The position numbers were made by a program, and so were the translations under genes. A stretch of 64,000 nt of DNA from Candidatus Saccharimonadales bacterium (GTDB lineage Bacteria > Patescibacteriota > Saccharimonadia > Saccharimonadales > JANWIN01). Shown here one piece after another: positions 9,405 through 17,720 of this stretch. The DNA is taken from NCBI GenBank assembly GCA_025449905.1, contig JANWIN010000012.1, forward strand, positions 109,318 to 173,317. The letters are read 5' to 3'. The notes under the pieces are model-generated. The model ran no database searches, was not told where the DNA came from, and worked only from the letters and a program-made list of their open reading frames with translations. Position 1 is the first letter of the stretch; every line of letters begins with the position of its first letter.

Positions 9405-10702
9405 AACTTATTTACCGCTTCTCTAAATTGGTTACCACGCTCCTCAAAGTTTTTAAACATGTCAAGACTGGCAAAACCTGGCGATAAAACCACGGCGCCA
9501 CCTGTTATTGCTAAGTCACGGGCTTCTTTAACAATTTCGGACATAGTCCTACTAGTTGAAAGCTGATAGGCGGTAAAACCAGACTTGACTAGACTTTCCG
9601 ATACCCGCTTGGCTGAAGCCCCAATTAATAAAACTTTATGTACGGAACTACTATTTTTAATTTGTTCTGCAAGATTTTGTAGATTCAAGCCTCGCTCGAA
9701 GCCACCAATTATGATGACTTTTTGTTTTGGTATGGCATCAATAGCAGCAATCGTAGCCTCTGGACCAGAAGAGAAGGAGTCATTGTAATAGTCTACATCT
9801 TCAAAAGTCCGCACCAACTCTAGGCGGTTTGGCAGACCGCTAAATTCTGTGATGGCTTTTCTAAGAGCGTCGGGGTTGGGGCTGAGCTGCCACACTGCAG
9901 TCACCGCGGCACAAACATTTTGCCAGTTGTGCTTGCCGAGCAGTTTTATCTCGCTGATGTCGCAAATGGTGTGGCCTTCAATGACGACTTTATTTTCAAT
10001 AACGTCAGCGCCGGGCGTGTGCATATATGGGATCTTATGACCCTTGCTGACGCTGGCAATATGAGTTGAGTATTGATTTTGAGCGAAGTATATAGCAAAG
10101 TCGTCAACATTTTGATGAATGAAGAGCTGCTGCTTGGCGGTTATGTATTCGTTGACGTCAGCATGCCAATCCAAGTGCTCTTCAACAACCATTAGACAAA
10201 CGGCAACCGACGGCGAGTAGCGAAGATCAATAAGCTGAAAGTTGGCTAGTTCCAAGATAACCCAGTCGTCGGTTTGAATACTGGCTTTTAACATATCAAG
10301 TGGCGGTTTACCGATGTTGCCTCCTAGATGAACTTTTTTGCCTTCGGCTTCTAACATTTTGACAATCAGGGTTGAAGTTGTTCCTTTGCCTTTAGTACCA
10401 GTTACGCCAATGATATTTTTACTGGGACTAACCCGAAAAAATTCGTTAGTGACGCTGGTAACTTTTTTATAAATTTCCGCTGAATTAGCGGCAACAATAT
10501 CCGCCGGATGAACGATTGGTGAGCGAACAATAAGGTCAAACTGGTCAAGATTTTTTAAATGTTCTGGACCCAGCTGTTTTTGCACATCAGATGGTAGGTC
10601 TAGATTTTCATCTTGGTCACAAATAGTAACCTCGTTGCCATTTTTCCAATATTCATAGGCCGAGCGACCCTGCTTGCCAAAGCCCAGTATGGCGACTTTC
10701 AT
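9401..10702 (-). CDS. murD: UDP-MurNAc-L-Ala:glutamate ligase (MurD/MurD2)
   Basis: GVTGTKGKGTT, GGNIG, EHLDWH, YYNDSFS, VVLSPGFASLDMFKNFEERG. Confidence 0.95.
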   Translation of the reverse strand: MKVAILGFGKQGRSAYEYWKNGNEVTICDQDENLDLPSDVQKQLGPEHLKNLDQFDLIVRSPIVHPADIVAANSAEIYKKVTSVTNEFFRVSPSKNIIGVTGTKGKGTTSTLIVKMLEAEGKKVHLGGNIGKPPLDMLKASIQTDDWVILELANFQLIDLRYSPSVAVCLMVVEEHLDWHADVNEYITAKQQLFIHQNVDDFAIYFAQNQYSTHIASVSKGHKIPYMHTPGADVIENKVVIEGHTICDISEIKLLGKHNWQNVCAAVTAVWQLSPNPDALRKAITEFSGLPNRLELVRTFEDVDYYNDSFSSGPEATIAAIDAIPKQKVIIIGGFERGLNLQNLAEQIKNSSSVHKVLLIGASAKRVSESLVKSGFTAYQLSTSRTMSEIVKEARDLAITGGAVVLSPGFASLDMFKNFEERGNQFREAVNKL

Positions 10703-10777
10703 CCCGTCAGAAATCCAATCTTCTGCCAGAAGATTGGCAGATTTGATTCCTGATCAAATGCTTATTTCCTACGGGAT
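10701..10777. repeat. REP-like branched palindrome overlapping the murD start codon
   Basis: ATCCCGTCAGAAAT...ATTTCCTACGGGAT closing arms enclosing hairpins CCAATCTTCTG/CAGAAGATTGG and ATTTGAT/ATCAAAT. Confidence 0.7.
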
Positions 10778-10794
10778 TCATAACTGTTATTCTA

Positions 10795-11226
10795 TCAAGT
10801 TTGTGGAGGATTAGTTGGCGCTGGGTTGGGCGGAGCTGGCGGCGCGGTGTTTTGGCTTAATTGCTTCTTGACCAGTTCAGCCACTTGGCGGGGGGTCATA
10901 TCAGCTTTTAGAATAAAGGCGCTAACCCCTAGCTGTTTAATATTTTCTGGAACTTCCTGTTCGCCCATGTTGGTTAATATTACCACCTTGATGTTTTTGC
11001 CCCACGGCAGTTTGCGCAGTTCCCCCAACATAACGTCGCCGTTCATTTCCGGCATCATCAAATCAAGCAAAATAATATCGGGCCGCATTTTTTCAGCTAG
11101 GGCCAATCCTAACTTGCCATTTTCGGCAGTTTCAACTTCATAGCCATTAGCCTCGAACTTAATTCGATACATCTGGCTGATAGCCTGGTCATCCTCAATT
11201 ATTGCGATCTTTGGCACTGCGCTCAT
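10795..11226 (-). CDS. Single-domain response regulator (receiver only)
   Basis: IIEDD, ILLDLMMPEMNG, ILTN, conserved K; Pro-rich tail, no output domain. Confidence 0.93.
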   Translation of the reverse strand: MSAVPKIAIIEDDQAISQMYRIKFEANGYEVETAENGKLGLALAEKMRPDIILLDLMMPEMNGDVMLGELRKLPWGKNIKVVILTNMGEQEVPENIKQLGVSAFILKADMTPRQVAELVKKQLSQNTAPPAPPNPAPTNPPQT

Positions 11227-11315
11227 ATTACACCGCCGTAAAACGCTCGTCTAGGATAGCGGTTGTGTTTAATCTGGATTTTGCTATCATAAACTTGACT
11301 AGTTAAAATAAAGAT

Positions 11316-11789
11316 ATGGTTATACACATTGCAGCCGGTACAGGAACAGGGCCTACGAAAATGGCGGCCTTTGATGCGGCCCTACTTAAAGCCGGCATAG
11401 CCAACCATAACTTGATACGGCTTAGTTCAATAGTTCCGCCGGCAAGCGAAATCGCTGTGCATGATGGGCCGATAACAGAAAAACTTGGAGAATGGGGAGA
11501 CAGGCTATATATAGTAATGGCCGATATGCGGGTGGCCTCGCCAAACGTAGAAGCCTGGGCTGGCATAGGCTGGACGCAGGATAAAGAAACCGGCAAAGGA
11601 TTATTTGTCGAACACGAAGGCGCTAACGAAGAAACTGTTAAGCGAGATATTCAGCAAAGTCTTGAGGCCTTAATGAGAAATCGCAAAGTAGATTTTGGGC
11701 CTATAAGTATGAAGGTTGTGGGGAAGACTTGTCTGCATGAACCAGTTTGCGCATTGGTAATTGCGGCTTTTAAAGCCGAAGACTGGTAA
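11316..11789 (+). CDS. Pyruvoyl-dependent arginine decarboxylase (PvlArgDC family)
   Basis: AFDAALLKAGIANHNLIRLSSIVP self-cleavage SS motif; GLFVEH. Confidence 0.88.
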   Translation: MVIHIAAGTGTGPTKMAAFDAALLKAGIANHNLIRLSSIVPPASEIAVHDGPITEKLGEWGDRLYIVMADMRVASPNVEAWAGIGWTQDKETGKGLFVEHEGANEETVKRDIQQSLEALMRNRKVDFGPISMKVVGKTCLHEPVCALVIAAFKAEDW

Positions 11790-11857
11790 TAAACACTGAC
11801 CATTGTGAATAGATAAGTGTTGCTATTGGCTGACTAAAACCGTACTTTATAAGGTAA

Positions 11858-12757
11858 ATGGATTGGTTTTTACTAGCCCTACTTGCCCCGCTTTTTTTTG
11901 CCGTAGTAAATTTAATAGACGATAACCTAATTCATCATGTCTATCGGGGGCCTTATTTTGCGGTGATTATTTCGGGTTTGTTTGGTGCCATACCTTTAAT
12001 TAGCCTGCTTTTTAAAGAATTAGAACCGCTTTCTGCTAGCTTAGCAGTCGCGGGTATGACAGCCGGTTTTCTAACCGCCGTTTATTACTATTTTTATTTC
12101 AAGGCTTTAGAGGTTGAGTATCCATCGGTGGTTATTGCCATGTTTAGTCTAACACCGGCGACGGTGCCGATACTGGCTTACTTTTTCTTGGATGAACGAC
12201 TATCTTACATGCAGCTTCTCGGCTTCATGATAGTTTTACTAGCTTCCCTGGGACTTGCTTTAACAGAAGTTAAAAAGATGAAATTTACAAAAGCCTTAGT
12301 ACCAGTCCTGATTGCAGCCTCGATATTTGATGTTGTTGCCATACTCTCAAAATATACTTATGACCACACCACTTTTTATAACGGCTACATGCTTTTTAGC
12401 CTGGGCATGGGACTGGGCGCTCTGTTTTTCATGTTCATACTTAGGTATCTAAAGACTGAAAATGTTCTCAAGGACTTGAAGCGAAACTCATTTAAGATAA
12501 TAACTTTAATGGTTATTGCCGAGGCTATCGCTATTGCCGCTGAATTTACCCAAAACCTAGCTATTAGCCGCGGCCCGGTATCTCTAGTAAAAGTCATTGA
12601 AGGCATCCAGCCAATCTACGTACTACTCATAGCGCTAATTTTCTATCCGGTTGTTCCAAAATATTTCCGCGAAGCCAAAGAAGGCAACTTGGTAAAGAAA
12701 TTTTCACTTATGGCCATGATTGTTTTTGGTTTGTACCTGATCAGTACCACGGTCTAG
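11858..12757 (+). CDS. EamA/DMT family transporter
   Basis: About 10 TMs in two repeats; YFKAL, FLDERLS..QLLG, AISRGPVSLV. Confidence 0.88.
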   Translation: MDWFLLALLAPLFFAVVNLIDDNLIHHVYRGPYFAVIISGLFGAIPLISLLFKELEPLSASLAVAGMTAGFLTAVYYYFYFKALEVEYPSVVIAMFSLTPATVPILAYFFLDERLSYMQLLGFMIVLLASLGLALTEVKKMKFTKALVPVLIAASIFDVVAILSKYTYDHTTFYNGYMLFSLGMGLGALFFMFILRYLKTENVLKDLKRNSFKIITLMVIAEAIAIAAEFTQNLAISRGPVSLVKVIEGIQPIYVLLIALIFYPVVPKYFREAKEGNLVKKFSLMAMIVFGLYLISTTV

Positions 12758-13647
12758 ACCTTACTGGTCACAGTATATTTTTTTAAGAAAAACTCTGGGC
12801 GATAGGCTAATTTGGATTTCTTCAGTCGCTCAATGCCCAAATCTTGTTCCCAATTTAGATATTTGCACTCGTAATCTAGAAGTTTCTCGGCGGCTTTATA
12901 AGCCAGAAAAGTAGGAGTGTAAGCTGGCACGTGGCTGGCTTTTTCCAAGTGAGCAATAGCATAGTCGCTTGATAAAATCTCTTGAATAGAACAACCAATA
13001 ATTTTATCTTCTAAGCCGATAGTAATAAAAAGTAGATCAAGGCTAGCAGCATGAGAAAGTAGTCGTTTTAGCATGATACTTTCAGTGGCAGAATCGGCTG
13101 GTGATTGGTGGGCGATTTGAGCCCACTCTTCGAACAAGACTAGAATTTGTTCGGCCTGATGATGGGTCGGCACTTTAAAATGGTTTATTTGCAGATTGGT
13201 GGTTTGTTGCCGCTGGAAGGCATTTAGCTTATGTCTTATTTTTTTATATCTATCGCCTTCTAGTTTCATAAAATCGGCCAAATTATATATGTAGTCGTGA
13301 TTATTAAAATCTTCTTCGACCTTAAATCGAGTAGGATCTTTAATTGCTTGAACTGTAGTTTCAGGAACCATCTCTAACTTGTCGCTGTCAGCAAGCAGCT
13401 TGGCTAGCGAATTATCAATTTTGTTTTCACCAAGTAACGATGTCATCAGTTTGCCGCTAGCGTAGTGAGGTAGTTTAATTACCAGGTTGTCATTTAAAAG
13501 CGAAACTTTGGTTAAATCATCTGCATCCCACGTAAACAAACTAGTGAAGTTAAAATCTGAGTATGGGGGGAAATTTTTACTAAATTCGTCAATTTCTGCC
13601 TTATGGCTGATTTTAAGCTTAGAAAAAGCCGGATATTTTTTAATCAT
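12754..13647 (-). CDS. DUF2156 / lysyl-PG-synthase C-terminal-like aminoacyl-transferase (soluble)
   Basis: YSDFNFTSLFTW, DYIY, HLEKA, YLNWEQDLGIERLKKSKLAYRP signature. Confidence 0.85.
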   Translation of the reverse strand: MIKKYPAFSKLKISHKAEIDEFSKNFPPYSDFNFTSLFTWDADDLTKVSLLNDNLVIKLPHYASGKLMTSLLGENKIDNSLAKLLADSDKLEMVPETTVQAIKDPTRFKVEEDFNNHDYIYNLADFMKLEGDRYKKIRHKLNAFQRQQTTNLQINHFKVPTHHQAEQILVLFEEWAQIAHQSPADSATESIMLKRLLSHAASLDLLFITIGLEDKIIGCSIQEILSSDYAIAHLEKASHVPAYTPTFLAYKAAEKLLDYECKYLNWEQDLGIERLKKSKLAYRPEFFLKKYTVTSKV

Positions 13648-13747
13648 GTCTTTATTTTAATTATAGTGATTTTTTTAAACAAAGCGCACCCTAAAGTTTA
13701 ATCGGTTTATTGCTCAGTCCCTTTCTGTTAAAATTAACAAAAGAAGT

Positions 13748-14626
13748 TTGGGAATGAAAAGAAATAAATTATTGGTTATCACCGCGTCGCTAATCTTTGC
13801 GGTTTTTTTTGGCTTTTGGATAGTACTGGGCGCTAAAGGCTGGCGAGGTGAAAGTGATCAAGCTGAACTATTTAGTGCACTTTACGGTCTCATGGCCCTG
13901 TTTGGCGGCGTCGCGGGTTTATTTATCAGCAAGAAATGGGGTGGCCATAAAAGTTATATTGGACGGGCGGTTCTACTTGTTTCGTTGGGGTTGTTGGCCC
14001 AAGAATTTGGTCAAATCACCTATTCTGCTTATACCTATCTGTTTCACCAGGAAATTCCTTATCCCTCACTTGGTGACCTTGGCTATTTTGGCAGTGTTAT
14101 TTTCTACATTTTTGCAGTCATTAACATTATTAAAGCCACGTCACTCAAAATTAGTTTAGGTTCACTTAAGAAAAAAACTGTAGTAGTACTGATTCCACTC
14201 GCCTTATTGGCCGGTTCTTATTTTATGTTTTTAAGGGGTTACGAATTTGATTTTAGTCAGCCGCTGACGGTCTTTCTAGATTTAGGCTACCCCTTAGGAC
14301 AAGCCTTCTACATTGCGCTGGCTATTTTAGCGTTTTTACTATCGCGAAAATATTTAGGCGGATTAATGCGACCGGTCATATTGTTTTTACTTTTCGCTTT
14401 AGTCTGGCAGTACGCAGCTGACTTCACATTTTTATATCAAGTAAGTCGAGAAACATGGGAAACTGGTGGCAGCAATGAACTTATATATTTAATAGCTTAT
14501 TTTGTCATGACCCTAGCCCTGGTTCGCTTCAACGTAGTTATAAGTAAGCTCTCGGGTAAAAAAGATGATATTGATGAACTTGAAGCTACCAAAAGCCAAA
14601 AACAACCCTTACAGGAGGCAGTATGA
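13748..14626 (+). CDS. Stand-alone multi-pass membrane protein resembling sensor input domains
   Basis: About 8 TMs; PYPSLGDLGY motif similar to the P[FY]PSxADxxY membrane modules that precede GGDEF/kinase domains. Confidence 0.75.
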   Translation: MGMKRNKLLVITASLIFAVFFGFWIVLGAKGWRGESDQAELFSALYGLMALFGGVAGLFISKKWGGHKSYIGRAVLLVSLGLLAQEFGQITYSAYTYLFHQEIPYPSLGDLGYFGSVIFYIFAVINIIKATSLKISLGSLKKKTVVVLIPLALLAGSYFMFLRGYEFDFSQPLTVFLDLGYPLGQAFYIALAILAFLLSRKYLGGLMRPVILFLLFALVWQYAADFTFLYQVSRETWETGGSNELIYLIAYFVMTLALVRFNVVISKLSGKKDDIDELEATKSQKQPLQEAV

Positions 14627-14970
14627 TGGCCGGCCCAACAGTCCCTCCAAAGCTAAATCCCGCACAAGACGCTACTGGCACCAATAACTCTACAGCTATT
14701 TTTGATCAAATCGCAACGAGAATTATTAAACAACAAGAGGCCATTATTGGTCCGGTGGCAATTGAACAGGCTAAAAAAGTTCAAGGTATCAACGTAGATT
14801 GGGTGCAACATGAAGTCGATATTAAAGGCAATCCGCAAAGTGCTATTGATGGCCTGGTCAAACAGTATAAAGAGTTATTTGGCCAAATTGCCGTAGAAAC
14901 CTGTAAGCAAGCTGCGGCCGGTATGCTAGCAAAACTTGGCCAAGACCAGGTTCCGGCTTCGCTGAAGTAG
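14623..14970 (+). CDS. Small helical cytoplasmic protein, translationally coupled to the membrane protein
   Basis: ATGA overlap, AGGAGG SD; IIKQQEAIIGPVA...LVKQYKELFGQIAVETCK. Confidence 0.8.
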   Translation: MMAGPTVPPKLNPAQDATGTNNSTAIFDQIATRIIKQQEAIIGPVAIEQAKKVQGINVDWVQHEVDIKGNPQSAIDGLVKQYKELFGQIAVETCKQAAAGMLAKLGQDQVPASLK

Positions 14971-15012
14971 TAAAAACGCTTATACTAGTTATGGTAATGA
15001 GGCCTTATCTAG

Positions 15013-16488
15013 GTGGCTGACATAATTAATCCAAAACCAAACATTATTGGGCGGCGCAAACAGCTGGAGGCTGATCTTGAGCATGTTACTCAGGAGATGT
15101 ACCGCCGCAACAAAGAGTTGGTTGATATCAACCGTACTCTGTCGCTACTGCGCACCATTGATAATTTGGTGCTCGGTTCGCGCCAGTCACTTCATATTTT
15201 ATGTGAGCAAATTGCCTCATCAATTGCCGCCACCGCCGAATATCCGTTTGTGGCCATTTTGGCCCGACCGGCCATAGATAATCTAGCCAAAGAACTTCAG
15301 GTATATGGCTGGGGCTTAGGCGGTGAACTTCAGAACGAAGATTTGAGCGACCTATCTAAAATTAGAGTTAGTCCAGATAACCCCTGGTTAAAAGCCAACA
15401 CTAAATCAGCACTGGTGAATTTAAGCCAAATTCCAAAGGAACAAATAGCCAGCTATTTAGGCTGCTCGGTAGAAGTAGTAACTAATCTGCAGGCGGCCTT
15501 ACCCTTGAATTCGGCATATGTGACTAAGCTAATGGCCCGCGAAGGTTTGGTAGGGCTAATGGTGGTTTGCTTTGGCGAAACCATTACTGTCCTAGACCAA
15601 TCAACTAATTTGCTTTTGGAGCGTTTAAGCGAAGCCGTCGGTATCGCCATAGATAACAAACTACTATTTGAAGAAAACCAATATGTATTAAAGCAACTTC
15701 AGCAAAACAACCAAAAACTGCGGGAATTGGACGAAACCAAAGATGAATTCATCAGCATGGCCTCGCATCAGCTTCGGACGCCGCTGACCTCTGTTAAGGG
15801 CTATGTTAGCATGGTTTTAGAAGGCGACGCTGGCCAGATAACCAAACAACAAAGCCAGTTATTAAATCAGGCTTTTGTTAGTGCTCAACGGATGGTTTAC
15901 TTGATTGCCGATCTGTTAAATGTCTCACGTCTAAAAACCGGCAAATTTGTTATTCAGTGGCAGCAAACCCAGCTAGCCGATGTTATAGAGGGCGAAATAG
16001 CCCAATTAACCGCCACCGCCAAAGGCCGAAAGCTGGAGATGGTTTATCATAAACCAACTAATTTCCCGATAATCTGGTTGGACGAAACCAAGATTCGCCA
16101 AGTGATTATGAACTTTGCCGATAACGCCATCTATTACACGCCAGCTGGCGGCCATATTGATATCAATCTAGTGGATAAAGGTGAAACGATAGAATTTACA
16201 GTGGTAGATAACGGCATTGGTGTGCCTAAAAGCGAGCAAAAAAGCATGTTTACCAAGTTTTATAGAGCAGCCAATGCTCAAAAAGCCCGCCCCGATGGCA
16301 CCGGACTGGGACTATTTATGGCCCAAAAAGTCATTGTCGCTCAAGGTGGAGCCGTGATATTTCACTCCGAAGAGGGCAAAGGCAGTACTTTTGGCTTTAG
16401 TTTTGCCAAAGCCAAGCTGGAAGAATTAGCCAAAACACCCCAAACAAAACCGGCTGCACCACCCCCGCAACCGCCCAAAACAGCTTAA
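15013..16488 (+). CDS. Cytoplasmic GAF-domain histidine kinase
   Basis: N-terminal coiled coil, GAF-like region ending AVGIAIDN, H-box ASHQLRTPLT, DNGIGVP, GTGLGL; no TM. Confidence 0.93.
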   Translation: MADIINPKPNIIGRRKQLEADLEHVTQEMYRRNKELVDINRTLSLLRTIDNLVLGSRQSLHILCEQIASSIAATAEYPFVAILARPAIDNLAKELQVYGWGLGGELQNEDLSDLSKIRVSPDNPWLKANTKSALVNLSQIPKEQIASYLGCSVEVVTNLQAALPLNSAYVTKLMAREGLVGLMVVCFGETITVLDQSTNLLLERLSEAVGIAIDNKLLFEENQYVLKQLQQNNQKLRELDETKDEFISMASHQLRTPLTSVKGYVSMVLEGDAGQITKQQSQLLNQAFVSAQRMVYLIADLLNVSRLKTGKFVIQWQQTQLADVIEGEIAQLTATAKGRKLEMVYHKPTNFPIIWLDETKIRQVIMNFADNAIYYTPAGGHIDINLVDKGETIEFTVVDNGIGVPKSEQKSMFTKFYRAANAQKARPDGTGLGLFMAQKVIVAQGGAVIFHSEEGKGSTFGFSFAKAKLEELAKTPQTKPAAPPPQPPKTA

Positions 16489-16524
16489 AATGCTTGTGTT
16501 TTTACGAAAATATTATAAAAAGTA

Positions 16525-16554
16525 TTGACAATAATAAACGCTTGTGGTAGAGTA
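16525..16554 (+). promoter_or_regulatory. Sigma70-type promoter for the 16647-19136 operon
   Basis: TTGACA at 16525 and TG-extended TAGAGT -10. Confidence 0.6.
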
Positions 16555-16646
16555 GTTATGTTAATGGTGGGCTACCTCTATACAACAGAGGTGGGAATTA
16601 TTTAACAGAGGTGGAACTTCGGTTCCAATAAGGGAGAAATAATTAT

Positions 16647-17696
16647 ATGACACATGCAAGTCCAGAAGTAGCAATCCAACCACACGTTGGCGAAACGCAA
16701 CTTCCTTTACCTGATCAAGCGCAATTAAATGCTTTTGACCGTGCTCGAGAATGGGCGCGTGGCAAATTACTGCCAATTGCCTTATCTGCAGGTCTAGCAA
16801 TAGGCGCAGTTGCTTGCGGCGAAAGCGGTGCTGATACAACCAAAGCTCATGAAAAAGACCCCATTGGTTTAGCTCCGACTGAAGCATGTCCCACAAGCTG
16901 GGAAATACACGATCTTAACAATGCTGGCAACAGGTTATTTGCAGATGGTATTCCTAAAATTTGGACTGCCGAGACTGACGATCAAGCACGAGAAGCTATG
17001 GATGATGTTATGTCAGCAGCACAAGCCGACCCTGAAATTTTTGCTGGATTTATAAAAGCAACTATAGGCGAAGATATTGATCCTACTACCTTAGCTGATG
17101 CAGAGCGCAAGTGTGCTACTCCATTGGCTCAGCAAAAAACAACCCAAGTAGTTACATATCTTGCTCAGAGTAGAATGTCACCGGATCAAGCTCCGGCTAA
17201 CGGCTTAAACAGTGGCGCAAACGCTGCAACTGGTGAAGTAACCCAAGCTTATCAGCCTGGAATTAGCGGTGATCGCAAAGCAATTAGGATTGTGGGTCCA
17301 GACGGTAAAGAGTTTTGGGTAATGGCCCGGTGCGGAAACATAGTTGTTCTTACGCCAATATTTCCTCCTGGCCCAACCGAAGAACAAGAAACCCCTCCTA
17401 CAACTACAACCATTCCTAACACTCCAACAACAACTGTCCCTGGCCCTAAACCACCTACAGACTTTGAATATCAGCAGAACCAGACACCTGCTCGACAAAA
17501 CCCTCAAAATAATACTACTTCCGGTGTGCCGGTTGGCCCTACCCCAGGTGCTCCTAGTGTAGCCCCTCCTCCTGCAGGTCGCCCAGAAGGTGACCCTAAT
17601 GGTGGTAGCGGAGATGGCGGCGCAACACCTGAAGGCCCTGTGGATCACACACATGGCGGCGATGAAACTAGTGGAACGGTTCCAACACCAGCTTAA
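16647..17696 (+). CDS. Putative lipoprotein/secreted protein with Pro/Thr/Gly-rich tail
   Basis: Lipobox-like AVAC at about residue 57; VMARCGN motif; low-complexity C-terminus. Confidence 0.75.
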   Translation: MTHASPEVAIQPHVGETQLPLPDQAQLNAFDRAREWARGKLLPIALSAGLAIGAVACGESGADTTKAHEKDPIGLAPTEACPTSWEIHDLNNAGNRLFADGIPKIWTAETDDQAREAMDDVMSAAQADPEIFAGFIKATIGEDIDPTTLADAERKCATPLAQQKTTQVVTYLAQSRMSPDQAPANGLNSGANAATGEVTQAYQPGISGDRKAIRIVGPDGKEFWVMARCGNIVVLTPIFPPGPTEEQETPPTTTTIPNTPTTTVPGPKPPTDFEYQQNQTPARQNPQNNTTSGVPVGPTPGAPSVAPPPAGRPEGDPNGGSGDGGATPEGPVDHTHGGDETSGTVPTPA

Positions 17697-17720
17697 GGCA
17701 AAGTAAAGGAGAATAATTAG

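Noticed and set aside
16584..16614. CRISPR array
   Set aside because: Only two 11-bp repeats 20 nt apart; no regular repeat-spacer array or cas genes in the window.
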